The notes under the pieces are model-generated. The model saw only the letters and a list, made by a program, of their open reading frames with translations. It did no database searches and had not been told where the DNA came from. A stretch of 14,363 nucleotides of DNA from a virus: the UHGV virus genome UHGV-0778877; one strand, 5' to 3'. The position numbers were made by a program, and so were the translations under genes. Of this stretch, positions 10,356-14,363 are shown in pieces (positions within the stretch are counted from its first letter, which is position 1; every line of letters starts with the position of its first letter).

Positions 10356-10535
10356 TCAGGCTGATGACTCTTTCGCGCCTTCAATCAATGACTGCTTCAG
10401 CAATTCGAGTGTGCCAATCGCCTCACATAAACTGATTTCACCATCGTAATCATGAATGACGCTTTCCAGCCGCTCGTATAGCTCTTGAGTAATTGGGAAT
10501 TTCTTCTCCTTACCCAAATTGATTACGCGGCTCAC
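10356..10535 (-). CDS. Unlisted small ORF, 59 aa, GTG start, tightly coupled to the upstream 80-aa ORF (alternatively a frameshifted continuation of it)
   Basis: Hand translation of the minus strand: GGAG, then 6 nt, then GTG at 10535, one nucleotide after the upstream TGA; it reads VSRVINLGKEKKFPITQELYERLESVIHDYDGEISLCEAIGTLELLKQSLIEGAKESSA, then TGA. It is below the apparent 60-aa cut-off of the ORF track. This frame is open for about 8 codons upstream of the GTG, inside the 80-aa ORF. Confidence 0.4.
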   Translation of the reverse strand: MSRVINLGKEKKFPITQELYERLESVIHDYDGEISLCEAIGTLELLKQSLIEGAKESSA

Positions 10536-10536
10536 A

Positions 10537-10779
10537 TCATGCTCCGGTGGTGAACAGGTCTAACGCTTCCTTCGATTTACGCACCGCTTCGAATGTGCGG
10601 ATCGTGATATCCGAATTAGCGCCGCCTGACTGGAAGTGAATTTTGAATAGCTCAAGCTTCAACTCGTCAGTACCAATGAACTGAAATGCTTCTTCTGCGG
10701 CTGCGTTCTGGTTCATGACCAGCTTGTAAATCTCTAACTGGAATTTCTGTTCTTCAGTCATGGGAATAATCTCTGCCAT
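10537..10779 (-). CDS. Hypothetical protein, 80 aa
   Basis: ATG at 10779 with GGAG about 7 nt upstream; no family recognised; sits between the gp49/gp66-like gene and terS in the late operon. Confidence 0.6.
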   Translation of the reverse strand: MAEIIPMTEEQKFQLEIYKLVMNQNAAAEEAFQFIGTDELKLELFKIHFQSGGANSDITIRTFEAVRKSKEALDLFTTGA

Positions 10780-10800
10780 TGTTGGCTCCGTTTATCCGTT

Positions 10801-10829
10801 AAAAGGGATATCAGTTAAGTTATCCCGTG
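10801..10829 (-). terminator. Weak hairpin plus short T-run between the gp49/gp66-like gene and the 80-aa ORF
   Basis: Inverted repeat GGGATA (10805-10810) and TATCCC (10821-10826) with a 10-nt loop; on the minus strand it is followed by TTTT. The stem is short and AT-rich, so any terminator function would be weak. Confidence 0.2.
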
Positions 10830-10882
10830 TAGGGTATAAGCCATTATCAAAGCCACTCTGTAGGGAATGGCTTTTGTAATAA

Positions 10883-11263
10883 CTACTGTTCGCTTAGCTT
10901 CTGCTTCAGCAAGTAACCTTCGAGCATCCAGATTTTGTTTACAGCATTTTGCCGGGCAATCTTCCGACCAATTTCTGCATCAAAGTTTTCCGGGCTCGCA
11001 CAGGCACTCTCTCCGGTGACGGTGAAGCCATTCTTCAGCACCAGTACGCAGAAAGTGAGCAACTTCAATGGTGATAAATCACGATCGCCTTCTTCTGGTT
11101 TTTCCCTGCCACAATATTCGTTGCTGGAAATGGCACCATTTCGTCCATCACAAGCAGTAAAGTAATGCTCGCTTTTAATCACGTCTTCGATGTGCTGCGG
11201 GGTGATTCGCGGTGCCGTTTTGCCTTTCTCAACGATTTCTTTTTCGATTTGCTGGTCGTTCAT
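10883..11263 (-). CDS. Phage gp49/Sf6 gp66-family protein (function unknown), 126 aa
   Basis: 126-aa ORF containing the stretch ...LKNGFTVTGESACASPENFDAEIGRKIARQNAVNKIW..., which I recognise as characteristic of the N4 gp49 / Sf6 gp66 family; placement just upstream of the terminase genes fits. Weak Shine-Dalgarno. Confidence 0.6.
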   Translation of the reverse strand: MNDQQIEKEIVEKGKTAPRITPQHIEDVIKSEHYFTACDGRNGAISSNEYCGREKPEEGDRDLSPLKLLTFCVLVLKNGFTVTGESACASPENFDAEIGRKIARQNAVNKIWMLEGYLLKQKLSEQ

Positions 11264-11641
11264 AATTATGACCCTGTGGAGTGGTTGCTTGATTAGGATG
11301 TCTTTCCATCAGTCCGCCACCACAAAGAATCTTTTTTGCCATAAGGCAGGAGGTTCATCTTTCAGTGGCTGCCAGTGTTATTTCCCCACTTACTGGCTTG
11401 GGTTGTTTCGCTGTACTGCCGTAACTGGTTACCCAGAATAAATTTTGGTTTCATTATCAAGCCCATCCGTAGATAGGCTTTGTAATGAACTGGCTCTTAT
11501 CTCAACGCAGCCCCTTACCGCGCGCAAGATGCTCAATATCAAGCATCAGCAATGAGATGTTTAATCTGGATTCACTCCAGAAGTGATCACCATCCTGTCT
11601 ACAGAGCCAGATGTGAAGGATGATGAGTAAAATTATCGCTA

Positions 11642-12109
11642 TCATCGAAGGCATTGCGTCCTGATGTATTCCTGAAGCGTTCTCAGTGCTGTTTGGTCGC
11701 GGATAATTCCGTCCCGGACACCGAGAACGTTTCGTCCAGCAACTGGAGAGAGTTCGACGGTGGCATCATTGCCCATGCCGGAGGCGCCGGAGGTTTCGGC
11801 TGAGGATGGCACAGGGCATTTTCCTTTGACGAGCACCCTGCCACCATTATCAAGCTTGCGCCGAAGAGCATCATTTTCAGCTTTCGCATCAGCTAACTCC
11901 TTCGTGTATTTAGCATCGAGTGCATCAGCAGCACGCTGGCGTTGCTGCATGTCAGTAATGGTGGCGGTCGCCTGCTTCAGCTCACTGACTTTTTTATCTC
12001 GCTGTTCTTTGTAGGCGATGGCGTTATCACGGTAGTGATTAACAGCCCATGACAGGCAAACGATGATGCAGATAACCAGAGCGGAGATAATCGCGGTTAC
12101 TCTGCTCAT
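11642..12109 (-). CDS. Rz: Spanin inner-membrane subunit (i-spanin) Rz, lambda-type, 155 aa
   Basis: [31 protein letters not shown]... recognisably lambda Rz; ATG overlaps the R stop (ATGA) as in lambda. Confidence 0.92.
   Translation of the reverse strand: MSRVTAIISALVICIIVCLSWAVNHYRDNAIAYKEQRDKKVSELKQATATITDMQQRQRAADALDAKYTKELADAKAENDALRRKLDNGGRVLVKGKCPVPSSAETSGASGMGNDATVELSPVAGRNVLGVRDGIIRDQTALRTLQEYIRTQCLR
11683..11889 (-). CDS. Rz1: Spanin outer-membrane lipoprotein subunit (o-spanin) Rz1, embedded in Rz in the +1 frame
   Basis: ORF wholly inside Rz in another frame: [21 protein letters not shown]... with a lipobox (VAGC) and a Pro-rich mature region ([11 protein letters not shown]), as in lambda Rz1. 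Confidence 0.85.
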   Translation of the reverse strand: MRKLKMMLFGASLIMVAGCSSKENALCHPQPKPPAPPAWAMMPPSNSLQLLDETFSVSGTELSATKQH

Positions 12110-12582
12110 ACCTCAATCTCTCTGACCGTTCCGCCAGCTTCTTTGAATTTTGCAATCAGGCTGTCAGCCTTATGCTCGAACTGACCATAACCAGCCCCCG
12201 GCAGTGAAGCCCAGATATTGCTGCAACGGTCGATAGCCTGACGAATATCACCGCGATCAATCATCGGCAAAGCGCCACGTTCCTTAATCTGCTGCAGCGC
12301 AACAGCGTCCTGGCTTTTGGGAGAGAAGTCTTTCAGGCCAAGCTGCTTACGATAGGCATCCCACCAACGGGAAAGAAGCTGATAGCGACCGGCTGCTGTT
12401 GATTTGAGTTTGGGGTTTAGCGTGACAAGTTTGCGAGGGTGATCGGAGTAATCAGTGAATAGCTCTCCGCCTACAATGACGTCATAACCATGATTTCTGG
12501 TTTTCTGACGTCCGTTATCTGTTCCCTCTGACCATGCCAGCATATCGAGGAACGCCTTACGTTGATTATTGATTTCCACCAT
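12106..12582 (-). CDS. R: Endolysin R, lambda-type lytic transglycosylase, 158 aa
   Basis: [42 protein letters not shown]... recognisable as lambda R along its whole length; overlaps the S 3' end by 17 nt as in lambda. Confidence 0.95.
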   Translation of the reverse strand: MVEINNQRKAFLDMLAWSEGTDNGRQKTRNHGYDVIVGGELFTDYSDHPRKLVTLNPKLKSTAAGRYQLLSRWWDAYRKQLGLKDFSPKSQDAVALQQIKERGALPMIDRGDIRQAIDRCSNIWASLPGAGYGQFEHKADSLIAKFKEAGGTVREIEV

Positions 12583-12889
12583 CTTCTACTCCGGCTTTTT
12601 TAGCAGCGAAGCGTTTGATAAGCGAACCAATCGAGTCAGTACCGATGTAGCCGATGAACACGCTCGTTATATAAGCGAGATTGCTACTTAGTCCGGCGAA
12701 GTCGAGAAGGTCACGAATGAACCAGGCGATAATGGCGCACATCGTTGCGTCGATTACTGTTTTTGTAAACGCACCGCCATTATATCTGCCGCGAAGGTAC
12801 GCCATTGCAAACGCAAGGATTGCCCCGATGCCTTGTTCCTTTGCCGCGAGAATGGCGGCTAACAGGTCATGTTTTTCTGGCATCTTCAT
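12566..12889 (-). CDS. S: Holin/antiholin S, lambda-type class I holin, 107 aa with dual start motif (Met1 and Met3)
   Basis: [34 protein letters not shown]... recognisable as lambda S; ATG at 12889 (S107-equivalent) and ATG at 12883 (S105-equivalent). Confidence 0.95.
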   Translation of the reverse strand: MKMPEKHDLLAAILAAKEQGIGAILAFAMAYLRGRYNGGAFTKTVIDATMCAIIAWFIRDLLDFAGLSSNLAYITSVFIGYIGTDSIGSLIKRFAAKKAGVEDGGNQ

Positions 12890-12894
12890 GTCTT

Positions 12895-12910
12895 ACCCCC
12901 AATAAGGGGA
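12895..12910 (-). promoter_or_regulatory. sdi-like stem-loop upstream of the S dual start
   Basis: Minus-strand CCCCTTATTGGGGG immediately upstream of the S start codons, as in the lambda S leader, where this hairpin sets the holin:antiholin start ratio. Confidence 0.6.
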
Positions 12911-13014
12911 TTTGCTCTATTTAATTAGGAATAAGGTCGATTACTGATAGAACAAATCCAGGCTACTGTGTTTAGTAATCAGATTTGTTCGTGACCGATA
13001 TGCACGGGCAAAAC

Positions 13015-13044
13015 GGCATGAGGTTGTTAGCGCAACCTCCTGCC
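13015..13044. repeat. Imperfect 12-bp inverted repeat with 6-nt loop in the Q-S spacer
   Basis: Minus strand GGCAGGAGGTTG cgctaa CAACCTCATGCC (one mismatch) followed by GTTTTGCCC; function unknown; weak terminator-like on the minus strand. Confidence 0.3.
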
Positions 13045-13423
13045 ACCCACTTTCACGAAGGTCATGTGTAGAAAGCCGCAGCATAACTATCACTGATGAA
13101 TTCAGGATAGCCAGTGGCTACGGCCCAGTTTGGGTTGTGGCGGTCGGTGCTGAACTCCGACTTAATGACGATAGGCGTGTACCGACGCCTCGTTTTACTT
13201 CCTCCGCTTTCACGGCTTCACCCTAGACCAGCTTTACGAAATCCTCGTAAACCTAACCGCGGCAGATATGACCGGCACGGTGTACCATATCACGGACCGG
13301 CGGGTGTCTCGTTCACCTGATTAACGCATCAGCCTGCGTATTCACCACAACGATAAGAGCACTGCGCGGCACCTTTCACCAATTCCGCGAGGTCTGCGGG
13401 TTCAATGCTCTTACCTGTTGTGC

Positions 13424-13469
13424 AAATAAAAAAGCCACCGTTGCAACTTAAGAGTCACTAACGGCAGCT
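13424..13469 (-). terminator. Intrinsic terminator immediately downstream of Q (tR'-equivalent)
   Basis: Minus strand AGCUGCCGUU (17-nt loop) AACGGUGGCU forms a 10-bp stem (two G-U pairs), followed by TTTTTTATTT. Downstream sequence (tgcacaacaggtaagagcattga...) resembles, as I recall it, the lambda sequence just past tR'. Confidence 0.55.
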
Positions 13470-13478
13470 TACCTTCTA

Positions 13479-13508
13479 ATTATGGCTAAATGGCTAATTG
13501 CATGTCAA
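13479..13508 (-). promoter_or_regulatory. Candidate Q-dependent late promoter (pR'-equivalent) overlapping the Q stop codon
   Basis: Minus strand TTGACA (13508-13503), 18-nt spacer, CATAAT (13484-13479); the predicted transcript start is about 35-45 nt upstream of the terminator above, the arrangement expected for a Q-modified late promoter. Confidence 0.45.
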
Positions 13509-14004
13509 GACTTTTAACAGCAACATGCTTAACTTTCTCAACACGTTTACGCATTTTGAAAGCATTTTGCATTGGTTGGTACAAAACAAATAACGACGCT
13601 TTCAGGATGTCGTCAATTTCGTTTCTACAGGTTGCCAGTGAAGGTTTTCTCCATCCCTCGCCACCACGTCCACACATCTTGCGTGGCTTTGCAGTCGCGT
13701 GATAGTAGGATGCAATTGCTCGCTTAGATGAACCATGAGCGTAGTAGCTGAGGAGGATGCCAAAGGCTTTCTTGTCAATGTACATGACGGAATCAACGAC
13801 CTGAGAAATCAACATTCCATCATCATCATTACACATTGGCCTTGTCATAATTCTTCCCGGCTCTACGCTCTCCATGAACTTCGCTATTACGCTGCTCATG
13901 CGCTTTTCCAGACGACCTGAATAAACCCATGCTCCCCACAGTTCAAGCCAGCCATTCAGCCACTCGTGCTGCTCTTTGGTGAGGTTTAGTTCTCTTATGC
14001 CCAT
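13486..14004 (-). CDS. Q: Late-gene antitermination protein Q, QuuD/phage-82-type (not lambda-Q-type), 172 aa
   Basis: 172-aa ORF with ...[13 protein letters not shown]...[19 protein letters not shown]...LLSYYAHG..., the pattern I recognise from E. coli prophage Q homologues such as QuuD; located directly upstream of the lysis cassette; start overlaps the ninI-like stop. Confidence 0.8.
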   Translation of the reverse strand: MGIRELNLTKEQHEWLNGWLELWGAWVYSGRLEKRMSSVIAKFMESVEPGRIMTRPMCNDDDGMLISQVVDSVMYIDKKAFGILLSYYAHGSSKRAIASYYHATAKPRKMCGRGGEGWRKPSLATCRNEIDDILKASLFVLYQPMQNAFKMRKRVEKVKHVAVKSLDMQLAI

Positions 14005-14363
14005 GCGCCTTCTCCCTGTACATGAATCAATGTGAGGTTTCCGCAGAACACTGCGCCGGTATCGATATACATCTGGTTGGCAAACTTGAGTGGTTTCACT
14101 GCTGGCGTATGACCAAAGATGAACGTGTCCGCTCCTTTGATTTCTTTCACGATCCCGTCTTGTGAGTTGCTGATTCGTTCGCGGTTCCAGATTACCTGCT
14201 GATGATCAACTGGCTTTCCAAACTCGTATTCGTCACAGGGATAATCGGCGTGGCAGATGACATATTTTTTACCTTCGCTCACCAGTTCGATGATTAACGG
14301 AAGTTCATCTGCTTTATGGGGCAAGAGCTTTAGCCAGAATTTCTTTGTCGTAATCGAGATTAA
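13995..14363 (-). CDS. ninI: Ser/Thr protein phosphatase, lambda NinI (ORF221)-like, C-terminal part; 5' end lies beyond the window
   Basis: The frame is open from the window edge: ...[42 protein letters not shown]...[12 protein letters not shown]...[11 protein letters not shown], a metallophosphatase pattern recognisable as lambda NinI. The ORF-track start at 14324 is an internal TTG, not the true start. Confidence 0.85.
   Translation of the reverse strand, partial: LISITTKKFWLKLLPHKADELPLIIELVSEGKKYVICHADYPCDEYEFGKPVDHQQVIWNRERISNSQDGIVKEIKGADTFIFGHTPAVKPLKFANQMYIDTGAVFCGNLTLIHVQGEGAWA

Noticed and set aside
11190-11441. 83-aa plus-strand ORF downstream of Rz
   Set aside because: It starts antisense inside the gp49/gp66-like gene and has Cys/Phe-rich composition with no start signals; a bor-like lipoprotein was looked for and not found.
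13114-13320. 68-aa plus-strand ORF in the Q-S spacer
   Set aside because: Opposite to the late transcription direction, Pro/Arg-rich translation, no ribosome-binding site.
12890-13485. Possible tRNA genes or a toxin (stx-like) insertion between Q and S
   Set aside because: Stx-type phages carry tRNAs and toxin genes here, so I looked for them. There is no ORF with a start signal and no cloverleaf-compatible T-loop/acceptor pattern, and the spacer reads as lambda-like non-coding sequence of roughly the expected length.
1-14363. CRISPR arrays, integrase, transposase or IS elements
   Set aside because: No regularly spaced short repeats, and no ORF with recognisable recombinase or transposase features; the only repeat of note is the 127-bp duplication reported above.

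Overview
This window reads as part of the late operon of a mosaic lambdoid prophage, with every credible gene on the minus strand (transcription runs from high to low coordinates). From the right edge: the 3' part of a lambda NinI-like phosphatase gene, a Q antiterminator of the QuuD/phage-82 type with a candidate late promoter and terminator at its 3' end, a lambda-like Q-S spacer, a lambda-type lysis cassette (S holin with dual start, R endolysin, Rz with embedded Rz1), a ~380 bp gap with no convincing gene, a gp49/Sf6-gp66-family protein, and two tightly coupled small unknown ORFs (80 aa and an unlisted 59 aa). Then follows a P22/Sf6-type headful-packaging head module: small terminase (with a candidate pac site inside it), large terminase, portal, scaffold, coat, a small acidic ORF, gp4-like, gp10-like, a tail needle with a C-terminal knob extension, gp14-like, and the 5' part of a gp7-like ejection protein gene. 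The most unusual observation is at the left edge: positions 1-127 are an exact copy of 2271-2397 (inside the gp10-like gene), joined out of frame to the gp7-like gene, which is thereby truncated. That is either a tandem-duplication or rearrangement junction, or an assembly artefact. I found no rRNA, tRNA, CRISPR array, integrase or transposase. Family assignments rest on my recognition of the translated proteins and on synteny, not on any database search.
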